DNA of 64,000 nucleotides from Candidatus Eiseniibacteriota bacterium (GCA_044222065.1 JBGAOA010000017.1:1-64000); one strand, 5' to 3'; shown: positions 29,635-38,940, counted from the first letter of the stretch. A program made the numbers and translations. The notes: a model not told the origin generated them from the sequence alone.

Positions 29635-30882
29635 CTAGTACTTGTGCTGGACCTGGAGCGTCCAGAGGTTGTCGTTCGGGTCGTACCAGCGTCCGGCGGC
29701 GAATCGCTCCGTCCGGGGCAGGTCGTACGAGAGCGTGATGCGCGTGTAGCCGTCGTAGAACGCGCTGACCCCGGCGCTCCAGCGCTCGAACTGGTCGTGC
29801 GCGACGTCGGTGTTGGGGTCGAAGCGGTCGTAGCGCAGCGCGAATTGTCCGCGGTCGCCGAGGTTCTGCACCCACATCGCGTACCAGCCCTCGGCGCGCG
29901 TCGAGAAGTGATCGGGGTTGGCGCCCGCGCGCAGGACCTTCCCGCTCGCGGGGCTCGCTGGCGTCGTCGTGAGGGCCTTCACCGAATCCGGGTTCACTTC
30001 GTCGCCGCCGTACCACTCGCCCTTGAGCGAGCCGCCGCCGACCGCCGGCAGCTCCCAGTAGGCCTGCGCGTCGAAGCCGATCCGCGACTTGTCCGTGACG
30101 ACGTCGGCGCCGGTGAGCGGCGTGAGCTGGTGTCCGGCGAGGTACGAGGCCGCGACGTCGAAACGGTTCTGCGCCCAGCGACCGCGCGCGACGAAGTCCT
30201 TCGCGCGATCGGGGTCGGCCGTCGGGAAATCGGCGTTCTGGATGCCGGGACCGTTGAAGATGCCGACCGCGGTCTCGACGTGGGGCGTCCAGCGGCTTAC
30301 GAGCTTCGCGCCGCGGTCGCGCTCGCCCGGGAACAGCACGTTCTCGACGCGCGAGCGCTCGGGCAACTCGCGCACGCTCGACGAACGTTCGATCTCGTAG
30401 CCGAAGGGCACCGCCATCTGCCCGATCGAGAGCGCGTGCACATGCTGCGGCGTCCAGCGGTCGAGCAACGTGACGTACGCCTCGAGCAGCCGGAAGTTCA
30501 CGTTCGAACCGCTCGTGGCGCCGTCGAAGTAGAGCACCATCTGCGAGAGCGGGCTCGAGTCGTACGTCAGCTTCAGGCGTCCGCGGCGGATGTAGAAGCG
30601 CTCGTTGTTCGCCGGCGTGACCGTGGGGCCGGAGCCGGTGACCTGGACGCTGTCCGACTTCGCTTCGCCGGTCTCCCAGCGCGCCTGCAGGTACCCCGAG
30701 AGCTTGATCTTCTTCAGCTTGTCGAGATCCGCCTGGAGCGTCTGCATCTGTTCGGTCATCGCATCGAGCCGCGCGGCGTGTTCGGAGTCGGCGACGCCGG
30801 CCGAGTCGGACTGGGCGAAGGCGCGGGGGGCTACGACCACGAGCGCGAGCGCGGCCGTGGCGAGAGCGCGACGGATCTTCAC
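29635..30882 (-). CDS. Phosphate-selective porin (OprO/OprP-like)
   Basis: Signal peptide, short coiled coil, F.IRRGRL, GQM.VPFG.E...SS, ER, RDRG; first gene of pst cluster. Confidence 0.8.
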   Translation of the reverse strand: MKIRRALATAALALVVVAPRAFAQSDSAGVADSEHAARLDAMTEQMQTLQADLDKLKKIKLSGYLQARWETGEAKSDSVQVTGSGPTVTPANNERFYIRRGRLKLTYDSSPLSQMVLYFDGATSGSNVNFRLLEAYVTLLDRWTPQHVHALSIGQMAVPFGYEIERSSSVRELPERSRVENVLFPGERDRGAKLVSRWTPHVETAVGIFNGPGIQNADFPTADPDRAKDFVARGRWAQNRFDVAASYLAGHQLTPLTGADVVTDKSRIGFDAQAYWELPAVGGGSLKGEWYGGDEVNPDSVKALTTTPASPASGKVLRAGANPDHFSTRAEGWYAMWVQNLGDRGQFALRYDRFDPNTDVAHDQFERWSAGVSAFYDGYTRITLSYDLPRTERFAAGRWYDPNDNLWTLQVQHKY

Positions 30883-30953
30883 GAGAGCCTCTCGTCGATT
30901 CGGCCTCGAGCCCGAGCGCGGGTCCCTCCCGACCGGGCTCGACGACCGCGCGC

Positions 30954-30988
30954 AAAATAAGCGGCCACCGTTGCGAAACGGTGGCCGC
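30954..30988 (-). terminator. Intrinsic terminator
   Basis: 12-bp stem GCGGCCACCGTT/AACGGTGGCCGC followed on minus strand by TTATTTT. Confidence 0.75.
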
Positions 30989-31019
30989 CGGATTTCCGCC
31001 GGGTAAATTGCGCGGGCGC

Positions 31020-31355
31020 TCAGCGCTCCCGGCGCTTCTTCCTCGTCTCGAGCGAGCGCGAGCGGGCGCGTTCGACCGCAGCGCCGTAGTCGAGTCCGGC
31101 GGCCGCGACGGCGGCCGACCACGAACCGAACATGCGGCGCGCGCGCGCGTACAGCGCGGGCTGGGTGAGATGGACGCGATACAGGCCGTCACCACGAGTC
31201 GCTGCGTGCTGGATGCGCTCGAGCACGGATTCGCGACTCATGAGAAGCGGGCGGCCCCTCTTACGGCGCGGCGCGATGGAGGGCGCTTCGTTCGCGCCGG
31301 CGGCGTCCATCAGGCCGGCACTGGTTTCCAGGTCGCGTCGGTCGTTGACGTTCAT
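31020..31355 (-). CDS. Small putative DNA-binding protein (AT-hook-like + FGSW..A...AG repeat)
   Basis: GAGG RBS; RKRGRP; LYARARRMFGSWSAAVAAAGLDY; basic tail. Confidence 0.6.
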   Translation of the reverse strand: MNVNDRRDLETSAGLMDAAGANEAPSIAPRRKRGRPLLMSRESVLERIQHAATRGDGLYRVHLTQPALYARARRMFGSWSAAVAAAGLDYGAAVERARSRSLETRKKRRER

Positions 31356-31505
31356 GATTGCCTCGGGGCTGGGACCTCGGTCCGGAGCGAGAGTCATCGC
31401 CGAACTCATCGTGAGTTCGACGACGCGGAGCACGGGGCCCAAGAGGGCCTCGAATTCCGGAGATGTCGCCCGGCCGGAAAAGGTGCGAGGTTTTTCAGAA
31501 ATGCG

Positions 31506-31529
31506 GGGACGCGGTCACCCGAGCGTCCC
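31506..31529 (-). terminator. Hairpin after phoR
   Basis: GGGACGC/GCGTCCC stem followed by CGCATTTCT on minus strand. Confidence 0.4.
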
Positions 31530-31535
31530 GGGCCG

Positions 31536-33326
31536 CTAGGCGTGCGATGTGTCCGAAAGGTCGGACGAGTGCGCGGCGGGAAGCTCGAAGCGGAACGTCG
31601 TTCCGGCTCCCGGGCGGCTGGAAACGTTTACACTGCCGCGGTGCATTTCGACGATCTGCCGGACGATCGAGAGTCCGAGTCCGGTGCCGCCCTTCGCGCG
31701 CGACCGCGCCTTGTCCACGCGGTAGAAGCGCTCGAAGACGCGGCCTTGATCCGCTTCGGGAATGCCCGGGCCGGTGTCCGAGACCTCGCACCAAGCGTGC
31801 GTTCCATCGCCACCGACCCGCACTTCGACGCCGCCCCGATCGGTGTACTTGATCGCGTTGTCGATCAAGTTCGCGACCACCTGCTCCAGTCGCGAGCGAT
31901 CGGCCTCGATCGGCAGCGGCGGGCCCGGTTCGAGTGACAGCGAGAGGCCCGCTCGGTTCGCGCGGTTCTCGAATCCCGAAACCTGCGTCGCGACGAATTC
32001 CCGGAAATCGAAGCGCTCGAGTCGCAGCTGAGCGTCGGGGCGCTCGAGTTCGGCGATCGACAGCAGGTCCTTGAGGAAGCGTTCGAGCCGGACGGCCTGG
32101 TCGTGGATCGCGCGCGCGAACCCCTCCCGCCGCTCGTGGTCCTCGAACGCGCCCTCGAGGAGCGTCTCGGCGTAGCCGCGGATGGACGTGAGCGGCGTCC
32201 GCATCTCGTGCGAGACGTTCGCGACGAAATCCTGTCGCACCCGGTCGAGCTGCTCGATCTCGGAGAGGTCGCGGACGACGAGCAGGACCGCTGCGCTCTC
32301 GCCGGCGCCGAGTGCCGTCGCGGTCGCGTGGACGAGCCGCGGGCGCGGCGACCACAGCCGCAGGTCGTCCTCGACGGCCTCGCCGCTCTCGCGTGCGTCG
32401 CGGAGCAGGTCGTCCAGCTCGGGGATGCGTGCGAACTCGCGGAACGACGCGCCGCGCGCCGCGGGCTGCGGGGCGCCGAGCACGATCGCGAGACTGTGAT
32501 TGCAGTGGATGACGTGGCCGCGCGCGTCCACCAGCGCGACGCCATCGCTCATGCGCGCGAGGATCTGCTCGCGTTCGTCACGCTCGCGCTGCACCTCTTC
32601 GAGCCGCGCCCGGCGCTCTTCCGACATGCGATTGATCGCGCGTCCGAGCCGCCCGATCTCGTCCTCGGGCGATTCGCTCGCGCGCGCCGTCACGCTGCCG
32701 GCGCCGATCTCGCGCGTCACGCGCTCGAGCGCCTGGATCCGGTTCGCGAGCGGTCCGACGACGAGCCACGCGAGCGCGAGGCTGAACCCGAGCGTCACGA
32801 GCGCGCCCGTTCCGAGCAGGCGCAGGGACTCGCCGCGCGGGTCGTGCACGGCCGACAGCGGCTGCGCGGTGCGCACGGCCGCGGCCTCGCGCACGCGCGA
32901 CGGCGCGGCCGCGTACGCGAACGATCCGCCGGCGTCCTCGCCTTCGCGCAACGCCTGGCCCACTCGCCCGGCGAGCGCCGCCGCGACCTCGGGGTCGCGT
33001 GCGAGTCCGGGGCGGCGGTGCGCCGCATCCTCGCCGAGCCGCGAGTCGGCGAGCAGCCGGCCGTCCGCATCGAGCACGGTGACGATGCAGTCGTGCTCCC
33101 CCTCCATGCGCGCCGCGAATTCGGTCCAGCGGCCCGCGAGCGCGAGCGGATGGCTCGACATCTGCGCCGCGATGCGCGTCGCTTCGCGCGCCATCTCGTC
33201 GGCGGCGCGCCGCTCGACCCACCGCTGCTGGTCCCGAAACTGGAACAGCGTGAGGATCGAGAGCGCCGCGAGCACGACGGGCGCGTGCGTGAGCAGCAGA
33301 CGCGTGCGCAGCGAGAGCAGGTTCAT
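31536..33326 (-). CDS. phoR: PhoR-like sensor histidine kinase (HAMP-PAS-HisKA-HATPase)
   Basis: FVANVSHEMRTPLT, NLIDNAIKY, DTGPGI, FERFYRVDKARSR..GGTGLGL. Confidence 0.88.
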   Translation of the reverse strand: MNLLSLRTRLLLTHAPVVLAALSILTLFQFRDQQRWVERRAADEMAREATRIAAQMSSHPLALAGRWTEFAARMEGEHDCIVTVLDADGRLLADSRLGEDAAHRRPGLARDPEVAAALAGRVGQALREGEDAGGSFAYAAAPSRVREAAAVRTAQPLSAVHDPRGESLRLLGTGALVTLGFSLALAWLVVGPLANRIQALERVTREIGAGSVTARASESPEDEIGRLGRAINRMSEERRARLEEVQRERDEREQILARMSDGVALVDARGHVIHCNHSLAIVLGAPQPAARGASFREFARIPELDDLLRDARESGEAVEDDLRLWSPRPRLVHATATALGAGESAAVLLVVRDLSEIEQLDRVRQDFVANVSHEMRTPLTSIRGYAETLLEGAFEDHERREGFARAIHDQAVRLERFLKDLLSIAELERPDAQLRLERFDFREFVATQVSGFENRANRAGLSLSLEPGPPLPIEADRSRLEQVVANLIDNAIKYTDRGGVEVRVGGDGTHAWCEVSDTGPGIPEADQGRVFERFYRVDKARSRAKGGTGLGLSIVRQIVEMHRGSVNVSSRPGAGTTFRFELPAAHSSDLSDTSHA

Positions 33327-33335
33327 GCGCGCAGT

Positions 33336-34022
33336 CTATCGCGACGGCGCGATGAGCTTGTATCCGGCTCCCGTGACGGTCTCGATCACGCGGCTCCGCT
33401 CGCCGAACTTCACGCGCAGGCGGCGGATGTGCACGTCCACGGTGCGAGTCTCGCCGAGGTAGTCGTAGCCCCAGACCTTGCGCAGCAGCTCGTCGCGCGA
33501 CAGGACCCTGCCCGGGTTCTGCGCGAAGAACGCGACGAGGTCGAATTCACGCGGCGTGAGCGTGAGCGGCTTGCCTCGCCAGCTGGCTTCGCGAGCGAGA
33601 GTGTCCACGCGCAGATCTCCGATCTCGACGAGCCCCGCGGGCCGGTGGGGCTTCGAGCGCCGCAGCAGCGACTGCACGCGTGCGACGAGCTCTCGCGGAC
33701 TGAACGGCTTCGTGAGGTAGTCGTCGGCGCCCTGCTCGAAGCCGAGCAGCTTGTCCATCTCGGTCGCGCGCGCGGTCAGGAGCAGCACGGGCAGGTCGCG
33801 CATCGCCGGGTCGGAACGCACCTCGCGCAGGATGTCGAAGCCACTCCGGCCCGGGAGCATCAGGTCGAGCACGACCGCATCCGGCCGCGACGCGAGCAGC
33901 TGCTGCAAACCCGCGTCGCCGTCGGCGGCCGTCGCGACCCGCAGCCCCGCGCGCTCGAGGTTGTACTTCACGAGCTCGCGGATTTCTTTCTCGTCCTCGA
34001 TCACCAGCACGAAGTCGGGCAC
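33336..34022 (-). CDS. phoB: PhoB/PhoP-like OmpR-family response regulator
   Basis: GGAGGA RBS, GTG start; LDLMLPG, GADDY.TKPF, TRTVDVHIRRLR. Confidence 0.88.
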   Translation of the reverse strand: MPDFVLVIEDEKEIRELVKYNLERAGLRVATAADGDAGLQQLLASRPDAVVLDLMLPGRSGFDILREVRSDPAMRDLPVLLLTARATEMDKLLGFEQGADDYLTKPFSPRELVARVQSLLRRSKPHRPAGLVEIGDLRVDTLAREASWRGKPLTLTPREFDLVAFFAQNPGRVLSRDELLRKVWGYDYLGETRTVDVHIRRLRVKFGERSRVIETVTGAGYKLIAPSR

Positions 34023-34042
34023 GCGTCCTCCGAACGCGCGGC

Positions 34043-34106
34043 ATGCTAGTGGCGCCGCTCGAAGCCGGTCAAAAGCGCGTGTGACCAAACGGTGACGCCT
34101 TGTGAC
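34043..34106 (-). promoter_or_regulatory. phoB promoter with PHO-box-like direct repeats
   Basis: TTGACC (34067-72)-N18-TAGCAT (34043-48); three GTCAC repeats at 34081, 34092 and 34102 (11/10-bp spacing). Confidence 0.6.
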
Positions 34107-34242
34107 GAAGCGGATCGCGCCGCTACATTCGGCCGCCCGCGCGTGTCGTGCGCGCCGCACGAATCGCGCCCGAGCGCGCCCTTCGCGCCGCACCGCCGCG
34201 ACGCGGCCTCGTCACACGTCGAGCGAACCGCGGAGCGGCCGA

Positions 34243-35142
34243 ATGACGATCCCCCCACGCATCGGGGCCTTCGAGATTGCGCGACTCGAACCACCGGACC
34301 TTCCGGAGCTGCTCGCGTTCCTCGACGAGGACCCCGTTCAGCGCGTGTTCTGGATCGCGCTCGCGCTGCGCGACTCGCTCGCCCGGCCGCGGGACGAGGC
34401 GTGGGCGGCGCGGCGCGACGGCGCGATCGTCGCCGCCGTGCACCTGTCCGGCGGCTCGGGCGCGATCCTTCCCCTCGGAGACGACGCCGACGCGCTCGAA
34501 CGCCTCGCCGGCCAGGCGTGGGGCCGTCGCACGCTCCTCCCCCGGCGGGCGCAGATCATCGGCCCCCGCGGTGCCGCGTGGTCGTTCGCGCGCGCGTTCG
34601 TCCAGGGCGGGGCGCATCCGCGCATCGCGCGCGAGCAAACCTACTTCGCGGTCGAGCGCGGCGCGCTCGCGCCCGTCGAGCGGCTGCCCTCGCTGCGCGC
34701 GGCGCGTCCGGACGACTTCGCGCTCGTCTACGAGAGCGGCGCCGCGCTGCGCGCCGAGGAGCTCGAGGAGGATCCGCGCGCGGTGGATGCCCAGGCGTAC
34801 GCGCGGCGCGTCGAGGAGGAATGCCGCGACGGGCACACGTTCCTGTGGATCGAGGGCTCCGAGCTGCGCTTTCGCGCGAGCATCAGCGCCGCGACCGCGG
34901 ATGCCGTGCAGATCTCGGGCGTCTACACGCCGCCGGCCCAGCGCCGACGCGGCTACGCGCGCCGCGGTCTCGCGGAGCTTTGCGCGCGGTGGTTCGAGCG
35001 CTCCCGGACGGCGTGCCTGTTCGTGAACGACTTCAACTCGCCCGCGCTCGGGCTCTACCGCGAACTCGGGTTCCGCGCCGTCGGCGCCTGGGGCTCGTAC
35101 TTCTTCGACTCGCTCGAGCCCCGGCCCCCGCTGCGCGCCTGA
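34243..35142 (+). CDS. GNAT acetyltransferase (FR47-like C-terminus)
   Basis: QISGVYTPPAQRRRGYA, LFVNDFNSPA..LY..LGF. Confidence 0.85.
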   Translation: MTIPPRIGAFEIARLEPPDLPELLAFLDEDPVQRVFWIALALRDSLARPRDEAWAARRDGAIVAAVHLSGGSGAILPLGDDADALERLAGQAWGRRTLLPRRAQIIGPRGAAWSFARAFVQGGAHPRIAREQTYFAVERGALAPVERLPSLRAARPDDFALVYESGAALRAEELEEDPRAVDAQAYARRVEEECRDGHTFLWIEGSELRFRASISAATADAVQISGVYTPPAQRRRGYARRGLAELCARWFERSRTACLFVNDFNSPALGLYRELGFRAVGAWGSYFFDSLEPRPPLRA

Positions 35143-35151
35143 GGCGCCGGC

Positions 35152-36042
35152 TCAGGCCCCGAGGCGGCGGACGACGCCCGGCAGGCCGTCCTCGACGCAC
35201 TCCACCTCGCCGGCGGCGTGGCGCTCGACGCGCTCGCGCAGCCATGCCGGCGCGTACGCGTGCGTCAGCCAGAACAGACGCACGTGCCGCCACTCGGGCC
35301 GCGCGCGCTTGAGCGCGAGCGGCAGCGACAGGTCGAGTGAGAAGACGTCGCCCACGATGGCGTCCGGGCGCTCCTCGTCGAGCGCCTCCGAGTAACGTGG
35401 CCGCGCGATGTCGATCGTCACGTCGCCGAGCGCGAGCGTCGCCCCCGCCTCGGGCGCGAGTTCGAACTTGCGGGCGCCGCCCCGCAGGCGCGGCGCGCCG
35501 TCGCGGTACTCCGGGTGGATCGTGATGGGTACGTGCGCGTGCTCGAACCAGGTCGTGAGTTTGTGGCGGTCGGAATTGCTGACGACCACGATCTCGGCGC
35601 CCGAGGCGAGCAAGCGGCGGCCGGCCTCCGCGGCGTCCGCGAGGATGCCGGGCCCGCGGCGCCGCTCCACGCTCGCGACGCCCTCGGCGTGCGCGCGGCT
35701 TCCGAGGGCATCGAGCGAGCCGGCGCTGCGCCCGGCGCCCTCACGCAGCGTTCGCGCGATCGCATCGCGAGATGCGCTCGCTTCGACGTAGTGCATCAGC
35801 GCCGCGTGCGCCGTGAACGGATCTTCGTCGCCGAACGCGCTCAGCCGCCCGTGGTCGAGCCATCCGTAGCGTCGCGGCTCCGCGAGCGCCGCCACGCGCG
35901 CCGAGCGGATCCATGAGTCCGCTGCGGCTTTCTCGCCCGGCGGAACGAGGTCGGCGAGCGCGGCGTCCAACCGCTCGCCCTGGGCGCGGGCCTCGTCGCC
36001 GGGCTGCGTCCAGACGCCGTCGAAGTCGCTGAGGAGTTTCAT
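35152..36042 (-). CDS. HAD-superfamily hydrolase
   Basis: LLSDFDGV motif I, VVSNS motif II, K, VGDVFSLD motif IV. Confidence 0.75.
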   Translation of the reverse strand: MKLLSDFDGVWTQPGDEARAQGERLDAALADLVPPGEKAAADSWIRSARVAALAEPRRYGWLDHGRLSAFGDEDPFTAHAALMHYVEASASRDAIARTLREGAGRSAGSLDALGSRAHAEGVASVERRRGPGILADAAEAGRRLLASGAEIVVVSNSDRHKLTTWFEHAHVPITIHPEYRDGAPRLRGGARKFELAPEAGATLALGDVTIDIARPRYSEALDEERPDAIVGDVFSLDLSLPLALKRARPEWRHVRLFWLTHAYAPAWLRERVERHAAGEVECVEDGLPGVVRRLGA

Positions 36043-36164
36043 CGCGGCTTGCTATCACGCGGCCCGACGCGCGGCAAGCGCGGCTTGACCGCGCGGCGGT
36101 CGTCGGAGACGGTTCGCGCACCGGCGCGCGATGCGGCGTCGCGCCCGGCGGAGAACTCCGCTCG

Positions 36165-36800
36165 ATGCGCGTGTCCACGGCGTCGTTCGCCCCGATCCTG
36201 CTGCTGGCGCTCGTCGCGCCGGCGTTCGCCCAATCGCCCGGACCGATCACCGGCGCGCGCGTGATCGAACCGGAAGCGCGCCTCGCCGGCGCGTACCTCC
36301 TCACGAGCGATCACTCTTTCGGAGCGCTCGCGCAGCTGAGGCTGAGCTACTACCCCGGCGTGGATTTCGGATTCCAGGGCGGGCTCGTGAACCTCGAAGA
36401 GGGCAGCACCGACCGCACGCTCGTCCGCGTCGGTGCCGACGTTCGCGCTGCACTGGCGCGCGCGAGCACGACGGGATTCGACCTCACCGCGGGCGCGGGA
36501 CTCGGCATCGACAGCGGCGACGACGTGAACGCGCTCTCCTTCGGTCCGTTCGTGACGGCCGGCGTCGAACTGCTCGCGGGAGATCGCGCGCGCGTTTCGC
36601 CGTTCGCGACCGTCGGACTCGCGCTCTCGAGGCTGAACGCCGGCGATCGCGACGAATCCGACGTCTCGCTGCCGATCCGCCTCGGCTTCGAAGCGACCCT
36701 CGGCCAGACCGCGAGACTGCTGGCGGAGGCGCGGCTGAACTTCAACGACTCGATCCGCGACGATTTCGAGCTGGTTCTGGGCGGCTCGACGACGTTTTGA
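36165..36800 (+). CDS. Small outer-membrane beta-barrel protein
   Basis: GGAG RBS, signal peptide ending AFA, amphipathic strands, terminal Phe. Confidence 0.65.
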   Translation: MRVSTASFAPILLLALVAPAFAQSPGPITGARVIEPEARLAGAYLLTSDHSFGALAQLRLSYYPGVDFGFQGGLVNLEEGSTDRTLVRVGADVRAALARASTTGFDLTAGAGLGIDSGDDVNALSFGPFVTAGVELLAGDRARVSPFATVGLALSRLNAGDRDESDVSLPIRLGFEATLGQTARLLAEARLNFNDSIRDDFELVLGGSTTF

Positions 36801-36923
36801 GGGCGTGGCGCGGCGTCGGGGCAGACGGAATGCGCGAACTGCCCGGATGTTTAATTTGGGCAACTACTACAAGGCGTTGCAAGTACTTCATTTGAGAAGC
36901 CGAGAATCCTTCCCCATTCCGTC

Positions 36924-36952
36924 TTGTGGCGCCTTGGACCCGGTGCTAGCCT
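36924..36952 (+). promoter_or_regulatory. Putative dnaA promoter
   Basis: TTGTGG-N17-TAGCCT in the AT-richer intergenic region. Confidence 0.4.
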
Positions 36953-37009
36953 ACCCGCCCCTCGGATCGTCGCCCGCGCACGCGCCCGGCGATCGAGCTG
37001 GCAAATCCA

Positions 37010-37285
37010 TCTGAGTCCACAAAATATCAATGGCTTAGCGGGCCGACGCGCGGCGAGCGTCGCGTGATCTTCGCGTCCGCCACGGTTCCTCCACCGACTC
37101 TGTGGAAAGTCGGTGGACGAGCGGAGGTATTTCTCGCGGCAATTCGCCGCAACTCAACCGTTTAGGAAATCGTCCCGCGCTGTGGATAAGTTGCGAGCAC
37201 GGTTTCCACATTGCCCCCCTCCACGAGCCCCGCGACCGCGCCGGTTCTGAGCGACGCGAGATGGCGGGAATTGTGGATAACTCAG
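37010..37285. other. oriC part 1: DnaA-box cluster upstream of dnaA
   Basis: Perfect TGTGGATAA at 37181-89 and 37272-80; variants TGTGGAAAG (37101), GTTTCCACA (37202), GAGTCCACA (37013). Confidence 0.85.
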
Positions 37286-37311
37286 CGACCCTTTCAGCAA
37301 GGAACGTTGAA

Positions 37312-38703
37312 ATGGCCGTCCAGCAAGTGCCGGTCGAAGGCGTCGAGCGCCTCTGGGAGCAGGTGCTCGCCACGGTGCAGGCTCGAATCACGAGCCCCCA
37401 GGCCTTCGAGACGTGGTTCCGGCCGATCGTGCCGCGCGTGATCAACCCCGCGGCGGTCGAGCTCGAGGTTCCCAACGCGTTCTTCGTGGACTGGCTCCAC
37501 GAACACCATCTCCCACTCCTGCAGCAGTGCCTCGCCGACGCTCTCGGAACGCGACCGGAGGTCCGCTTCCAGCCGCGCGAGGCTTCGCCCGTCCCGAGCG
37601 CGCCCGCCCCTGCCGTTCGCGAGCCGGCTCCGGTGCTCGCCGCCTCACCTCCGCGTCCCGCGAAATCGTGGCTCGACAGCCAGCTCAATCCGCGGCTGTC
37701 GTTCGAGACCTATGTCGTGGGGGGCGGCAATCGCTTCACGCACGCCGCCTGCCTCGCCGTCGCCGAGAATCCCGGTCACGCCTACAACCCGCTGTTCATC
37801 TTCGGCGGCTCGGGACTCGGGAAGACTCACTTGCTGCACGCCGTCGGTCACGCGGTGCGCGAGCGCAAGCCCGACGCGCGCGTGACGTACGTTCCGGCCG
37901 AGCGCTTCACGAACGAGCTGATCTTCTCGATCCAGCACGCGCAGACGCTCGCGTTTCGGAACAAGTACCGAAGCGTGGACGTGCTGCTCATCGACGACAT
38001 CCAGTTCCTGGCGGGGAAGGAGGGCACGCAAGAGGAGTTCTTCTACACGTTCAATGCCCTTCGCGATGCGCACAAGCAGATCGTCGTCACCGCCGACAAG
38101 CCGCCGAAGGACATTCCGAAGCTCGAGGAGCGGCTCATTTCGCGCTTCAACCAGGGCCTCGTGACCGACATCAAGCAGCCGGATCTCGAGACCCGGATCG
38201 CGATCCTCCGCGCCCGCTGCGCGCAGGAGGGGGGCGGGTTCCGACTGCCCGACGACGTGCTGCTCCTGATCGCGGACCGGATTCGCACGAACATCCGCGA
38301 CCTCGAGGGCTGCCTCGTGCGCCTCATCGCCGTCGCGTCGCTGACGCAGCAGGAGGTGTCGCTCGAGCTCGCGGAAGAGGTGCTTCAGCACTACGTCGAC
38401 CCCGAGCCCGATCAGACGCATCCGGAACGCATCCTCGCGGCCGTCGCCGAGCGCTTCGGCGTTCGAACGGATGCGCTGTGCGGACAGCGGCGCACGCGCA
38501 GCATCGCGGTGCCGCGGCAGGTCGCGATGTACCTCACTCGACAGCTCACGGAACTCTCGCTCGTCGAGATCGGCCGCTTGTTCGGAGGACGCGACCACAC
38601 GACGGTGATGTACGCCTGCGAGCGCGTGTCGCAGATGATCCGCGAGGACGTCGAGTTCGGAGAGCGCGTCAACGGCCTGATCGCGTCGCTCGCCACAGGC
38701 TGA
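37312..38703 (+). CDS. dnaA: Chromosomal replication initiator
   Basis: YNPLFIFGGSGLGKTHL, LLIDDIQF, NIRDLEG, IGRLFGGRDHTTVMYA. Confidence 0.98.
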   Translation: MAVQQVPVEGVERLWEQVLATVQARITSPQAFETWFRPIVPRVINPAAVELEVPNAFFVDWLHEHHLPLLQQCLADALGTRPEVRFQPREASPVPSAPAPAVREPAPVLAASPPRPAKSWLDSQLNPRLSFETYVVGGGNRFTHAACLAVAENPGHAYNPLFIFGGSGLGKTHLLHAVGHAVRERKPDARVTYVPAERFTNELIFSIQHAQTLAFRNKYRSVDVLLIDDIQFLAGKEGTQEEFFYTFNALRDAHKQIVVTADKPPKDIPKLEERLISRFNQGLVTDIKQPDLETRIAILRARCAQEGGGFRLPDDVLLLIADRIRTNIRDLEGCLVRLIAVASLTQQEVSLELAEEVLQHYVDPEPDQTHPERILAAVAERFGVRTDALCGQRRTRSIAVPRQVAMYLTRQLTELSLVEIGRLFGGRDHTTVMYACERVSQMIREDVEFGERVNGLIASLATG

Positions 38704-38910
38704 CGGTGGAGAAGTTGTGGAGATCGGTGGAGAACCCGCCGCCGGTCTCGCGGGTGTGGATGGGGCGTGGAAAAGCCACGCGATTTCCACAGGGCGCGAG
38801 GGGGTCTTTCGAGGCGAAACCGCGGGGGTTTTTCGAGCGCTCGTCCCGCTTGTTCACAATCCGCACAAGCCCTACGACTACTGCTTTCTTTCTTGTTTAC
38901 TAGCAAACAG
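38704..38910. other. oriC part 2: degenerate DnaA boxes, DnaA-trio-like repeat and AT-rich unwinding element
   Basis: Several (G/T/C)GTGGA.. boxes; TTGTTCACA-ATCCGCACA-AGCCC-TACGACTACTGC-TTTCTTTCTTGTTTA at about 38850-38899. Confidence 0.8.
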
Positions 38911-38940
38911 TTACAGAGCCGTTGAGAACCGGGAAATCGC

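Noticed and set aside
30961..30988. c-di-GMP-I riboswitch (ACCGTT-GCGA-AACGGT)
   Set aside because: Lacks the GGCAAAC and GCAAAGC motifs and the second stem; better explained as a minus-strand terminator.
37102..37311. N-terminal extensions of dnaA (and dnaN 38922-39062) in the ORF track
   Set aside because: These cover DnaA boxes and promoter DNA; RBS and homology support ATG 37312 and 39063.
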